Below are positions 1 through 8,757 of a DNA stretch of 39,034 nucleotides, piece after piece. Origin of the DNA: a virus; UHGV virus genome UHGV-0388326; one strand, given 5' to 3'. The notes under the pieces were generated by a model. That model worked only from the letters and a program-made list of their open reading frames with translations, was not told where the DNA came from and did no database searches. Within the stretch, counting starts at the first letter, position 1. Every line of letters starts with the position of its first letter. Both the position numbers and the translations under genes were made by a program.

Positions 1-24
1 ATCCGCACTCAGTTACGCACTGGC

Positions 25-342
25 GTGAAATGCCAGCAGCACCGCAGCAGGAGGTTAACCGTGGCTAACCTGCAACTTGCCGTCAAAGGTGAATACTTCG
101 ATGCCATGATTCGCGGGGAGAAAACGGAAGAGTATCGCCTGTGTAATGACTATTGGAATAAGCGAATTATGTTCCGCGAGTATGACCGCCTGATTATCAC
201 AAAGGGATATCCGAAGCGCGACGATTCCAGCCGCAGAATTGACGTCCCGTATGACGGATATGAAATCAAGACAATCACACATCCGCACTTCGGTGATAAA
301 CCGGTAAAGGTGTTCGCGATAAAGGTAAATATTGATGGCTAA
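25..342 (+). CDS. hypothetical protein, possibly ASCH-like; may be 5'-truncated or continue from window end
   Basis: ORF with GTG at 25 and no in-frame stop in 1-24; motif KGEYFDAMIRGEKTEEYR resembles ASCH-domain signature; stop overlaps next start. Confidence 0.4.
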   Translation: MKCQQHRSRRLTVANLQLAVKGEYFDAMIRGEKTEEYRLCNDYWNKRIMFREYDRLIITKGYPKRDDSSRRIDVPYDGYEIKTITHPHFGDKPVKVFAIKVNIDG

Positions 343-673
343 ATCAGCAGCAGAGCGCAAAGCCGCTCAGAGAGCCAGACAAGCTGCATCTGGTGTGCGT
401 AAGCTGGAAATTGTGCTTGATGCTCAGGAAATTGAAATGCTGGAGCGTAACTGTGCCACGCGTCGCCCCGGGCGTGCGCCTTACGAATTTGGTGAGTATA
501 TAGCGTTACTGATCCGCCAGGATGATGCACGCGTGCGCGGGCGTATAAAATCGATCAGCAGAAAACGTTGCGGTAAGTGCGGCGGGAGAGTTCCAGTTAA
601 TTCATGCCCGTGTAATGGTGACTCGCAATGCTGGGTGACTAAAGGCTGGCATGAAACGAAATTAATAGTGTGA
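335..673 (+). CDS. hypothetical protein with C-terminal Cys cluster (putative zinc finger); positional candidate for late-gene regulator
   Basis: ATG 335 overlaps upstream stop (ATGGCTAA); C-terminus RKRCGKCGG...CPCNGDSQCW; last gene before terminator and terS. Confidence 0.45.
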   Translation: MAKSAAERKAAQRARQAASGVRKLEIVLDAQEIEMLERNCATRRPGRAPYEFGEYIALLIRQDDARVRGRIKSISRKRCGKCGGRVPVNSCPCNGDSQCWVTKGWHETKLIV

Positions 674-681
674 CATGTCAC
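670..681. repeat. 12-bp perfect palindrome GTGACATGTCAC (copy 1 of 3)
   Basis: overlaps stop codon of gene 335-673. Confidence 0.7.
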
Positions 682-722
682 GAGTAGATTATGCATGATG
701 AATTTGATGGGTTTTGAATACT

Positions 723-748
723 GCCGCCAACTATGGCGGCTTTATTTT
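723..748 (+). terminator. Rho-independent terminator-like hairpin upstream of terS
   Basis: GCCGCC-AACTAT-GGCGGC followed by TTTATTTT. Confidence 0.5.
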
Positions 749-759
749 GCATGGTACTA

Positions 760-792
760 TTACCACAACGGTAACTATTACCACGGTGGTTA
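760..792. promoter_or_regulatory. two overlapping TTACC-N5-GGTAA inverted-repeat sites abutting terS start
   Basis: 760-774 TTACCACAACGGTAA; 778-792 TTACCACGGTGGTTA (one mismatch). Confidence 0.5.
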
Positions 793-1388
793 TGATGCCT
801 GCTGAACCTAAAACCTATAAACGCAAATCAACGCAATTTAAGCCACTAACAGCAATGCAGGAGGCTTATTGCCAGTCATACATCAAAACGCCTGAAAACC
901 AGACTCAGGCAGCGATTAACGCAGGATTCTCCCCAAATACAGCGGCAGTTAAAGCCAGTGTCATGATGCGCGATGAACGCATTCAAAAACGGATTGCCGA
1001 GTTGATGGAGGAGCGCAACAAACGAATGCGCGTCAGTGCTGATTACGTTCTCATGCGCCTGGTGGAGATCGACCAGATGGACGTGATCGACATCCTCAAC
1101 GACGATGGGAGCCTTAAACCAATCCGTGAGTGGCCGAAAATCTGGCGCACTACGCTTAGTGGCTTTGATCTGTCATCGACCATCATGAACATGAACGAGG
1201 ATTCGATAGAGACAATCCTCAAAAAAATTAAATGGCCTGACAAGGTGAAGAACCTTGAGCTGATTGGTAAGCATGTTGATGTCAACGCGTTCAAAGAACG
1301 TCTGGATGTTAATGTGAATGTGACAATTGCTGATCGCATAGCAGCAGCCAGGAAGCGACTCAAAGAACGTCAGGATGGTAATCAGTGA
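792..1388 (+). CDS. terS: terminase small subunit
   Basis: Immediately precedes terL with overlapping stop/start; HTH-like region typical of small terminases; start chosen at ATG 792 (ORF track opens at 714). Confidence 0.7.
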   Translation: MMPAEPKTYKRKSTQFKPLTAMQEAYCQSYIKTPENQTQAAINAGFSPNTAAVKASVMMRDERIQKRIAELMEERNKRMRVSADYVLMRLVEIDQMDVIDILNDDGSLKPIREWPKIWRTTLSGFDLSSTIMNMNEDSIETILKKIKWPDKVKNLELIGKHVDVNAFKERLDVNVNVTIADRIAAARKRLKERQDGNQ

Positions 1389-2860
1389 CAGATACAGCGT
1401 TATCTCCTGAAGAGCAGTTGATCGAGGATATTGCAGGGTTCACTCACGATCCGCTTGGCTATGCCCTCTATGCGTTCCCGTGGGGGGAAGAGGGGACTGA
1501 ACTGGCACATGCTACCGGCCCACGTCAGTGGCAGACTGATGCGTTCCGAGAGATACGTGATCACCTGCAGAATCCAGAGACGCGCTATCAGCCGCTTATG
1601 CTGGCACGTGCTTCGGGTCACGGTATTGGTAAATCCGCATTCATCTCAATGCTGATCAACTGGGGCATGTCCACTTGCGAGGATTGTAAGGTCGTGGTGA
1701 CCGCCAACACCGACAACCAGCTACGAACGAAGACCTGGCCGGAAATTATCAAGTGGTCGAACCTTGCTATCACGAAAGACTGGTTTACCTGTACCGCTAC
1801 CGCGATGTACAGCAATGACCCAGGGCACGACAAGCGGTGGCGGGCTGACGCAATACCCTGGTCTGAGCACAACACTGAGGCATTCGCCGGACTACACAAC
1901 GAGCGCAAACGCATCATCGTGGTATTCGATGAAGCGTCGAACATTGCCGATCTGGTGTGGGAGGTAGCAGAGGGTGCGCTGACGGACGAAGACACCGAAA
2001 TCATCTGGGTGGCGTTCGGAAACCCGACGCGTAATACCGGACGTTTCCGAGAATGTTTCCGCAAATATAAACACCGCTGGAAAACTGCGCAGATTGACAG
2101 CCGGACGGTGGAAGGCACTAACAAACAGCAGTTGCAGAAATGGGTTGATGACTACGGGGAAGACAGCGACTTCGTTAAAATCCGTGTGCGTGGCATATTC
2201 CCTGATGCATCTGAATTGCAGTTTATCCCTACCGGTCTTACTGACGAGGCAATGAAACGGGTGGTAACCGCTGCGCAGGTGGCACATGCTCCTGTGATAA
2301 TCGGCGTTGACCCGGCATACTCCGGCGTTGATGACGCGGTGATATATCTGCGGCAGGGGCTGCACAGTAAGGTGCTGTGGACTGGCAACAAGACTACCGA
2401 CGATCTGATTATGGCGAAGCGTATCGCTGACTTTGAAGACCAGTATCAGGCTGACGCAGTGTTCATCGACTTCGGTTACGGTACTGGCCTGAAGTCAATC
2501 GGTGACGGCTGGGGGCGCACATGGCAACTTGTTCCGTTCGGTGGCGCGTCAACTGACCCTCAGATGCTCAACAAGCGCGGGGAGATGTTCAACTCATGCA
2601 AGACATGGCTGAGGCTGGGCGGGATGCTGGATGACCAGGAAACAGCGGACGACCTGTCGGCGGCAGAGTATAAAGTTCGAGTGGACGGTAAAATCGTTAT
2701 CGAACCGAAGGAAGATATCAAGGAGCGGCTTGGGCGTTCTCCTGGTAAAGGCGATGCGCTACTGCTGACGTTTGCTTTCCCTGTGTCAAAGCGTCTGCGA
2801 ATTCCCGGGCAGCAGAACCAGCAAGGCAAGGCCATCACAGATTACGATCCCTATGCTTAA
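1385..2860 (+). CDS. terL: terminase large subunit
   Basis: 491 aa; Walker A-like ARASGHGIGKS, acidic VVFDEAS motif, C-terminal nuclease-like region; GTG start overlapping terS stop. Confidence 0.9.
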   Translation: MTDTALSPEEQLIEDIAGFTHDPLGYALYAFPWGEEGTELAHATGPRQWQTDAFREIRDHLQNPETRYQPLMLARASGHGIGKSAFISMLINWGMSTCEDCKVVVTANTDNQLRTKTWPEIIKWSNLAITKDWFTCTATAMYSNDPGHDKRWRADAIPWSEHNTEAFAGLHNERKRIIVVFDEASNIADLVWEVAEGALTDEDTEIIWVAFGNPTRNTGRFRECFRKYKHRWKTAQIDSRTVEGTNKQQLQKWVDDYGEDSDFVKIRVRGIFPDASELQFIPTGLTDEAMKRVVTAAQVAHAPVIIGVDPAYSGVDDAVIYLRQGLHSKVLWTGNKTTDDLIMAKRIADFEDQYQADAVFIDFGYGTGLKSIGDGWGRTWQLVPFGGASTDPQMLNKRGEMFNSCKTWLRLGGMLDDQETADDLSAAEYKVRVDGKIVIEPKEDIKERLGRSPGKGDALLLTFAFPVSKRLRIPGQQNQQGKAITDYDPYA

Positions 2861-2910
2861 TCCGCTAGTGGGGATAATGTCGTTGATATCCTCTGATGAG
2901 GATAAAACAA

Positions 2911-2930
2911 AGCCAGCTCATCGGCTGGCT
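2911..2930. terminator. hairpin between convergent terL and minus-strand gene, likely bidirectional terminator
   Basis: AGCCAGC-TCATCG-GCTGGCT; U-run on minus strand (TTGTTTT), weaker GTTTG on plus. Confidence 0.5.
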
Positions 2931-2934
2931 GTTT

Positions 2935-2946
2935 GTGACATGTCAC
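2935..2946. repeat. 12-bp perfect palindrome GTGACATGTCAC (copy 2 of 3)
   Basis: immediately after terL terminator hairpin. Confidence 0.7.
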
Positions 2947-2950
2947 GGTG

Positions 2951-3289
2951 TTATTGCTCGCTTAACTTCTGCTTCAGCAAGTAACCTTCGAGCATCCAGA
3001 TTTTGTTTACAGCATTCTGCCGGGCAATCTTCCGACCAATTTCTGCATCAAAGTTTTCCGGGCTTGCACAGGCGCTCTCTCCGGTGACGGTGAAGCCATT
3101 TTGTAGAGTCAATACACAAAATGTCAGCAGAGCCAAACTGTCGTGATAGTCATCGCCAGTTGCAATAGCTCCATCAGCAGCAGTGAAGTACGTTTCCGCA
3201 AGAATAATGCTTTCGATATGGTCTGGCGTAACGCGCGGGGCGGTTTTGCCTTTCTCAACGATTTCTTTTTCGATTTGCTGGTCGTTCAT
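2951..3289 (-). CDS. conserved hypothetical phage protein (112 aa)
   Basis: ORF with GGTGAG RBS upstream of ATG 3289; family not confidently recognised (possibly N4 gp49/Sf6 gp66-like, low certainty). Confidence 0.6.
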   Translation of the reverse strand: MNDQQIEKEIVEKGKTAPRVTPDHIESIILAETYFTAADGAIATGDDYHDSLALLTFCVLTLQNGFTVTGESACASPENFDAEIGRKIARQNAVNKIWMLEGYLLKQKLSEQ

Positions 3290-3402
3290 AATCTCACCTT
3301 AAAAAAATGCCCGGCGAACCAGGCGAACTGGAAGCAATGAGTTATGCCTTCCGTGGCTGTACGGGTTTACAGCATGAAGTCATCGCAATGGCGTCCTGCT
3401 GT

Positions 3403-3443
3403 AAAAAGGGCGGTGATAGTCCTTCAAGGGAAACCATCACCGC
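3403..3443 (-). terminator. Rho-independent terminator downstream of tRNA-Arg
   Basis: minus-strand hairpin GGCGGTGAT...ATCACCGCC followed by CTTTTT. Confidence 0.6.
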
Positions 3444-3487
3444 CAAGCACCTGGAACTTCTGGCATCACGGTCCTTAGGCGTGATTC

Positions 3488-3564
3488 TGGCGTGGCATGC
3501 AGGATTCGAACCTGCGACCAACCGCTTAGAAGGCGGTTGCTCTGTCCAACTGAGCTAATGCCAC
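3488..3564 (-). tRNA. tRNA-Arg, anticodon UCU (reads AGA), CCA encoded
   Basis: Minus-strand 77 nt GTGGCATTAGCTCAGTTGGACAGAGCAACCGCCTTCTAAGCGGTTGGTCGCAGGTTCGAATCCTGCATGCCACGCCA; 7-bp acceptor stem GTGGCAT/ATGCCAC, D-arm GCTC/GAGC, anticodon loop CTTCTAA, T-loop TTCGAAT. Confidence 0.9.
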
Positions 3565-3886
3565 AACGCTGAGAGCACTTAGCCTGTTAAGGCGCCACAC
3601 TTTGTCGCGGCTCCATAAATGCTCTCATCGTTGTACCCTCGTCTCTTCCGAGGCGTCACACCGAATCGCCGGGATGGTGAATCCCCGTGCGCGGAATAAA
3701 ACCGCTCGACTTGCACATTCCGGCTACCTGGTTCGTTTGCCCGAGCAAGGGAGGGTGCCCCTTAAACGTATCCAGACCGCTATCGGCGCATGTGCCATAC
3801 GCCGTACTGCTCAAAATAAAAGCTCACTCCACCTGTTCAATTTAACGACAAGCCAGTCAGGTTAGTAACCGGAATGAACTCTTTGG

Positions 3887-3901
3887 TTACCTGAAAGGTA
3901 A
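3887..3901. promoter_or_regulatory. TTACC-N5-GGTAA site upstream of virion gene operon
   Basis: TTACCTGAAAGGTAA in AT-rich region before gene at 3992. Confidence 0.5.
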
Positions 3902-3991
3902 TAATTTGTGCGTTAAATGTCAACTATCTACGATAAATAAATCATATGTGGTTAAATTGGTAATAATTTAATTGCGTACGGAGTCATTGAT

Positions 3992-4198
3992 ATGTGCATG
4001 GGTAGCTCACCGTCAGTGCCTGCAACACCAGAAGTTCAGGCAGCACCACAGGAGCAGGATGCCGCCGTTGTTGATGCCCGCGACGAAGAAACTCGTCGCC
4101 GTCGCGCTGCTGCTGGTCGTAGTTCTACGCTGCTTACCGGTTCTCAGGGCGACACATCAACCGCTAATACCAGCGGTAAAACGCTGCTTGGTCAGTAA
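3992..4198 (+). CDS. small virion protein, T7 gp6.7-like (tentative)
   Basis: 68 aa starting MC..., low-complexity charged protein immediately upstream of portal; resemblance to T7 gp6.7 N-terminus is from memory. Confidence 0.4.
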   Translation: MCMGSSPSVPATPEVQAAPQEQDAAVVDARDEETRRRRAAAGRSSTLLTGSQGDTSTANTSGKTLLGQ

Positions 4199-4212
4199 CC
4201 GGAGTCATTGAA

Positions 4213-5892
4213 ATGGCGGAAACAACTAAAGAGCGATTGAACAAACAGTTCGCACAACTTGAAAGCGAGCGTCAGTCGTTCGAGCCGCACTGGCGCGAGT
4301 TGAGTGATTACATCAACCCGCGTGGTTCCCGCTTTCTGACTTCTGAGGTCAACCGTAACGATCGACGCAATACACGCATTATTGATTCGACCGGGACTAT
4401 GGCGGCGCGCACTCTCGCCAGCGGCATGATGTCAGGCATCACAAGCCCCGCGCGTCCGTGGTTTCGCCTGGCTACGCCAGATCCTGAAATGATGGATTAT
4501 GGCCCTGTTAAGTTGTGGCTTGAGGCGGTGCAGAACCGCATGAACGATATGTTCAATAAGTCGAATCTCTATCAGTCGCTGCCGCAGTTATACGGAAGCC
4601 TCGGCACATACAGCACTGGTGCAATGGCAGTGCTGGAAGATGACGAGGACATCATTCGCACAATGCCATTCCCGATAGGCAGTTACTACCTGGCTAACTC
4701 ACCTCGTGGCAGTGTGGACACCTGTTTTCGCAAGTTCGCTATGACTGTTCGTCAGCTTGTTCAGGAGTTCGGGCTAAATAACGTCAGCGAATCCGTAAAA
4801 AGCATGTGGGAAAGCGGCACCTACGAGAAGTGGATTGAAGTGATGCATTCGGTTTACCCGAACATTGACCGCGATACATCGAAGCTGGATAGCAAGAACA
4901 AGCCATTCAAATCGGTTTATTACGAGGTTGGTGGCGATAACGACAAGTTGTTGCGTGAGTCCGGATTCGATGAGTTTCCAATTATGGCTCCGCGCTGGGA
5001 AGTTAACGGCGAAGATGTTTATGGATCATCATGCCCGGGTATGCTGGCGCTTGGACCTGTTAAGGCATTGCAGCTTCTTCAGAAGCGCAAGTCGCAGTTG
5101 ATTGATAAAGCCACCAATCCGCCGATGGTTGCTCCGACTTCCCTCAAGAATCAGCGTGCCTCCCTTCTTCCTGGCGACATCACGTATATCGATCAGATTA
5201 CTGGTCAGGATGGTTTCAGGCCTGCTTATCTGGTTAACCCCAGTACAGCAGATCTGGTAGCAGACATTCAGGACACTCGGCAAATCATTAACAGCGCCTA
5301 CTTTGTCGATCTGTTCATGATGTTGCAGAACATCAATACCCGCTCGATGCCTGTTGAAGCGGTGATCGAAATGAAAGAAGAAAAACTTCTGATGTTGGGG
5401 CCGGTTCTGGAGCGTCTGAACGACGAATGTCTTAATCCTCTCATTGACCGCGCTTTCTCGATGATGGTGCGTAAAAACATGCTGCCGCCACCGCCTGACG
5501 CGATGGAAGGTATGCCCCTGAAGGTCGAATACATTTCCGTCATGGCTCAGGCGCAGAAGTCTATCGGCCTGTCCAGTCTGGCATCCACGGTCAACTTCAT
5601 TGGTCAACTTGCGCAAGCGAAACCAGAAGCTCTCGACAAACTCAACGTTGATCAGGCGATCGATGCATTCGCTGATATGTCCGGAGTGTCTCCAACCGTC
5701 ATTGTTCCGCAGGAACAGGTTGAGCAGACTCGCCAGCAACGGGCACAGCAGCAACAGCAGCAACAAATGATGGCGATGGGAATGGCGGCGGCACAGGGCG
5801 CCAAGACGCTAAGCGAAGCTAAAACTTCGGATCCGAGTGTTTTGTCAGCTATGGCGAATGCAGTTAGTGGTCAGGGTGGGCAATCACAATGA
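4213..5892 (+). CDS. portal (head-to-tail connector) protein, T7 gp8-like
   Basis: 559 aa; Gln-rich C-terminus QQRAQQQQQQQMMAMGMAAAQGA resembling T7 gp8 tail; position after terminase. Confidence 0.8.
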   Translation: MAETTKERLNKQFAQLESERQSFEPHWRELSDYINPRGSRFLTSEVNRNDRRNTRIIDSTGTMAARTLASGMMSGITSPARPWFRLATPDPEMMDYGPVKLWLEAVQNRMNDMFNKSNLYQSLPQLYGSLGTYSTGAMAVLEDDEDIIRTMPFPIGSYYLANSPRGSVDTCFRKFAMTVRQLVQEFGLNNVSESVKSMWESGTYEKWIEVMHSVYPNIDRDTSKLDSKNKPFKSVYYEVGGDNDKLLRESGFDEFPIMAPRWEVNGEDVYGSSCPGMLALGPVKALQLLQKRKSQLIDKATNPPMVAPTSLKNQRASLLPGDITYIDQITGQDGFRPAYLVNPSTADLVADIQDTRQIINSAYFVDLFMMLQNINTRSMPVEAVIEMKEEKLLMLGPVLERLNDECLNPLIDRAFSMMVRKNMLPPPPDAMEGMPLKVEYISVMAQAQKSIGLSSLASTVNFIGQLAQAKPEALDKLNVDQAIDAFADMSGVSPTVIVPQEQVEQTRQQRAQQQQQQQMMAMGMAAAQGAKTLSEAKTSDPSVLSAMANAVSGQGGQSQ

Positions 5893-6185
5893 CAGATTAC
5901 GAAGATGATCAACTGAAAGAAGAAAACGCCCGTAAGCAACGTGACATGGCACAGCGTGAAATTGATGACATTCGCTTTGTCATGAGCAGTGAACAGGGGC
6001 GTCGCGTTGTCTGGTCGGTGCTGGAGAAAGGCCGTGTGTTTTCCGCTATCTCACCGATGGACGCTATGGCAATGGCATTTAATGAGGGGCAACGCAATCT
6101 GGCGCTGGAACTGTTTCAGCGCGTTATGGCGCATTGCCCTGAACAGTATTTGAAGATGGCCAAAGAGGCCAGTGAACAGGAGTGA
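5889..6185 (+). CDS. hypothetical head-module protein
   Basis: 98 aa ORF translationally coupled between portal and scaffold. Confidence 0.5.
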   Translation: MTDYEDDQLKEENARKQRDMAQREIDDIRFVMSSEQGRRVVWSVLEKGRVFSAISPMDAMAMAFNEGQRNLALELFQRVMAHCPEQYLKMAKEASEQE

Positions 6186-6187
6186 TC

Positions 6188-6883
6188 ATGAATTTATTTG
6201 AGCGTTTGCTGTATCGCCGTCTTTGCAATGAGCAACCAGTCGATGGTGGAGCAGCTCCGGCTGCGTCAGAACCGTCAGCGCCTGCAGGTGATAACCCTGC
6301 TCCAGTTGGTGATCCATCACAATCGGAAGGTGATAAGCCACAACCTGTTGCTGATGGCGATAAACCTGCTGATGACAAAAAGCCTGAAAACGATAAGCAG
6401 GATGAAAAAAAGGACGGCGATAAACCAGAGGGTGCGCCTGAGAAGTACGAGTTTCAGGCTGCCGAAGGCGTAGAGCTGGATACAGAAGCGTTGAAGGAAT
6501 TCGAGCCGGTGGCGCGAGAACTTAACCTGACCAACGAGCAAGCGCAAAAGCTGGTTGATGCTTATCCGAAGATTCTGGCAGGTGTGCAGCAGCGCCAGGC
6601 AGAAGCCTGGCAGAAAACAACCGAGCAGTGGGCTGCTGATGTAAAAGCTGACAAAGAAATCGGTGGCGACAAGTTGATTTCTAACCTTAGCGCCGCACAG
6701 CGTGCGCTTGACCAGTTCGGGACACCTGAACTCAAAGAATATCTGAACACCACCGGGCTGGGTAATCACCCTGATCTGGTCAAAACGTTCGTGAAAATCG
6801 GAAAGGCGATGTCTGAAGATGGCATGGTCACCGGTGGTAATGAAGGCCAGCGTAGTGCGGCCGAAGTGCTCTATGGCAAATAA
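6188..6883 (+). CDS. scaffolding protein (tentative)
   Basis: Acidic, Pro/Asp/Lys-rich N-terminal half, helical C-terminal half, directly upstream of major capsid gene; GGAG RBS before ATG 6188. Confidence 0.6.
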   Translation: MNLFERLLYRRLCNEQPVDGGAAPAASEPSAPAGDNPAPVGDPSQSEGDKPQPVADGDKPADDKKPENDKQDEKKDGDKPEGAPEKYEFQAAEGVELDTEALKEFEPVARELNLTNEQAQKLVDAYPKILAGVQQRQAEAWQKTTEQWAADVKADKEIGGDKLISNLSAAQRALDQFGTPELKEYLNTTGLGNHPDLVKTFVKIGKAMSEDGMVTGGNEGQRSAAEVLYGK

Positions 6884-6891
6884 GAGAGGAA

Positions 6892-7884
6892 ATGACAATG
6901 GCTGTTAAAGGCTTAACTGCGCTAACGCTGGCTGACTGGGGTAAGCGCGTCGATCCAAACGGGAAAGTCGATAAGATTATCGAGCTTCTCGGTCAAACTA
7001 ACCCGATCCTTCAGGATATGCCTTTTGTCGAAGGGAACCTTCCTACCGGACACCGAACCACCATTCGTTCTGGTTTACCTTCAGCTACCTGGCGTTTGCT
7101 GAACTATGGTGTACAGCCAAGCAAATCAACCACAGTGCAGGTCACCGATTCCGTTGGCATGCTGGAAACCTATGCTGAAGTCGATAAGTCACTGGCTGAT
7201 CTGAACGGCAATACCGCCGAGTTCCGCCTGTCTGAAGACCGCGCATTTATTGAAGCGATGAATCAGCAGATGGCGCAGACACTGTTTTATGGTGATTCCA
7301 GCGTTAACCCTCAGCAGTTTATGGGACTGTCCTCCCGCTATTCCAGCCTGTCTGCGGGTAATGCTCAGAACATCATTGATGCTGGTGGCACGGGTACAGA
7401 TAACACCTCAATCTGGTTAGTGGTGTGGGGCGAAAACACCGTGCATGGCATCTTCCCGAAAGGGCAGAAGGCTGGCATCCAGATGGAAGATAAAGGCCAG
7501 GTGACACTGGAAGATGCGAATGGCGGCAAGTACGAAGGCTACCGTACCCATTACAAATGGGACAACGGACTTGCTCTGCGTGACTGGCGTTATGTTGTTC
7601 GCATTGCAAACATCGATGTCAGCAATCTTTCAGAACCTTCCTCTGCCGCAAATATTGCGAAGTTGATGGTTAAAGCACTGCATCGCATTCCAAACCGTGG
7701 CATGGGCCGCCCGGTGTTCTACATGAACCGCACTGTAGGCCAGGCTCTTGATCTACAGTCTCTGGAGAAAACATCTCTGGCTATCAGCGTAAAAGAGACT
7801 GAAGGCGAGTGGTGGACTTCATTCCGTGGTGTACCAATTCGTGAAACTGATGCGCTTCTGGAAACAGAAGCCCGCGTGGTGTAA
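6892..7884 (+). CDS. major capsid protein
   Basis: 330 aa after scaffold; position and size consistent with HK97-fold capsid of epsilon15-like phages; alternative start ATG 6898. Confidence 0.75.
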   Translation: MTMAVKGLTALTLADWGKRVDPNGKVDKIIELLGQTNPILQDMPFVEGNLPTGHRTTIRSGLPSATWRLLNYGVQPSKSTTVQVTDSVGMLETYAEVDKSLADLNGNTAEFRLSEDRAFIEAMNQQMAQTLFYGDSSVNPQQFMGLSSRYSSLSAGNAQNIIDAGGTGTDNTSIWLVVWGENTVHGIFPKGQKAGIQMEDKGQVTLEDANGGKYEGYRTHYKWDNGLALRDWRYVVRIANIDVSNLSEPSSAANIAKLMVKALHRIPNRGMGRPVFYMNRTVGQALDLQSLEKTSLAISVKETEGEWWTSFRGVPIRETDALLETEARVV

Positions 7885-7900
7885 CGCCTGTTATTAACCT

Positions 7901-7920
7901 GTGGGTCGTAACAGACCCAC
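7901..7920 (+). other. stem-loop after capsid gene (no U-run)
   Basis: GTGGGTC-GTAACA-GACCCAC. Confidence 0.3.
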
Positions 7921-7935
7921 TAATGGAGAAAGAAG

Positions 7936-8373
7936 ATGATCACCGACAAACTGTTGATGTTCTCCGAAGCTCAGGCGGTTACGAATACCGCGGCTTCTAC
8001 TGACGTAATCGATCTCGGTCCAATTGACGGAAAACGTCGTGATATCGGCGTGGGTTACCCGCTTGAGTTTTGGGCGCTGGTTAACACAGCCGCCGCGGCA
8101 AGCGGTGATGCAACTGTAAACATCCAGTTGCAGACGAGTGAGAATAACAGCTCATGGACCACTATTTATGATAGTGGCGCACTGGCAAAGACCGCCCTGA
8201 CAGCAGGTAAACGAGTTGTTTCTGCAAAGGTGCCTGCCGGTGTTCAGCGATATCTGCGTGTTAACTACTCCGTCGCAACTGGCCCACTAACGGCTGGCGA
8301 ATTCACTGCTGGTATCAGTCTTGATGTTGATGCCAATACGCCGTATCCGATCCGCTCAAAAGTAACTGGTTAA
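7936..8373 (+). CDS. virion protein, possibly capsid decoration protein
   Basis: 145 aa immediately after major capsid gene; Ala/Thr/Gly-rich. Confidence 0.4.
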   Translation: MITDKLLMFSEAQAVTNTAASTDVIDLGPIDGKRRDIGVGYPLEFWALVNTAAAASGDATVNIQLQTSENNSSWTTIYDSGALAKTALTAGKRVVSAKVPAGVQRYLRVNYSVATGPLTAGEFTAGISLDVDANTPYPIRSKVTG

Positions 8374-8374
8374 G

Positions 8375-8719
8375 GTGATATCGATGTCAGGTGAGAAACC
8401 AAGATACCGCGTTCTGCGCCTCTCTCATATCCATAACACACTGTGGCCTGAGGGGGCAGAAATCGAATACGAAGGTGAGCCTGGTAGCGCACTGGAACCT
8501 GTTAACGATGCAGCCAGACAGGCAAAAGCAAAAGTTGCAGGAAAGGTGTCAATGGCAACAACCAGCACCAAAATCATCAACGATGTGTCAGATGATGGTG
8601 AACTGGATAAGCTCCGTGAAGAGTACGAATTGCTCTTTAACGAGAAGCCACACCATAACGCCAAAGCCGAAACGCTCCGCGAGAAGATCGCAGATAAGCG
8701 TAAAGAACTGGGCGTGTAA
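8375..8719 (+). CDS. hypothetical virion-module protein
   Basis: 114 aa ORF followed by clear terminator. Confidence 0.5.
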   Translation: MISMSGEKPRYRVLRLSHIHNTLWPEGAEIEYEGEPGSALEPVNDAARQAKAKVAGKVSMATTSTKIINDVSDDGELDKLREEYELLFNEKPHHNAKAETLREKIADKRKELGV

Positions 8720-8735
8720 GCCTCGCGGATCAGAC

Positions 8736-8757
8736 AAGGGGCTTCGGCCCCTTTATT
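8736..8757 (+). terminator. Rho-independent terminator
   Basis: GGGGC-TTCG-GCCCC followed by TTTATT. Confidence 0.7.

Noticed and set aside
3307-3558. 83-aa plus-strand ORF
   Set aside because: Lies antisense across the tRNA-Arg gene and its terminator; no RBS; almost certainly not coding.
3565-3700. Possible second tRNA next to tRNA-Arg
   Set aside because: No T-loop (GTTCGAATC-like) or cloverleaf could be folded by eye on either strand.
3602-3865. 87-aa Arg-rich plus-strand ORF in the tRNA-to-virion-operon spacer
   Set aside because: No RBS, odd composition, overlaps a probable promoter/leader region; treated as non-coding.
5029-5766. 245-aa minus-strand ORF and many similar antisense ORFs inside long genes (e.g. 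1618-2124, 6317-6898, 9437-10141, 13256-13783)
   Set aside because: Fully embedded antisense to well-supported structural genes; typical spurious frames.
7901-7920. Stem-loop after capsid gene as a true terminator
   Set aside because: No U-run follows; kept only as a low-confidence structural element.
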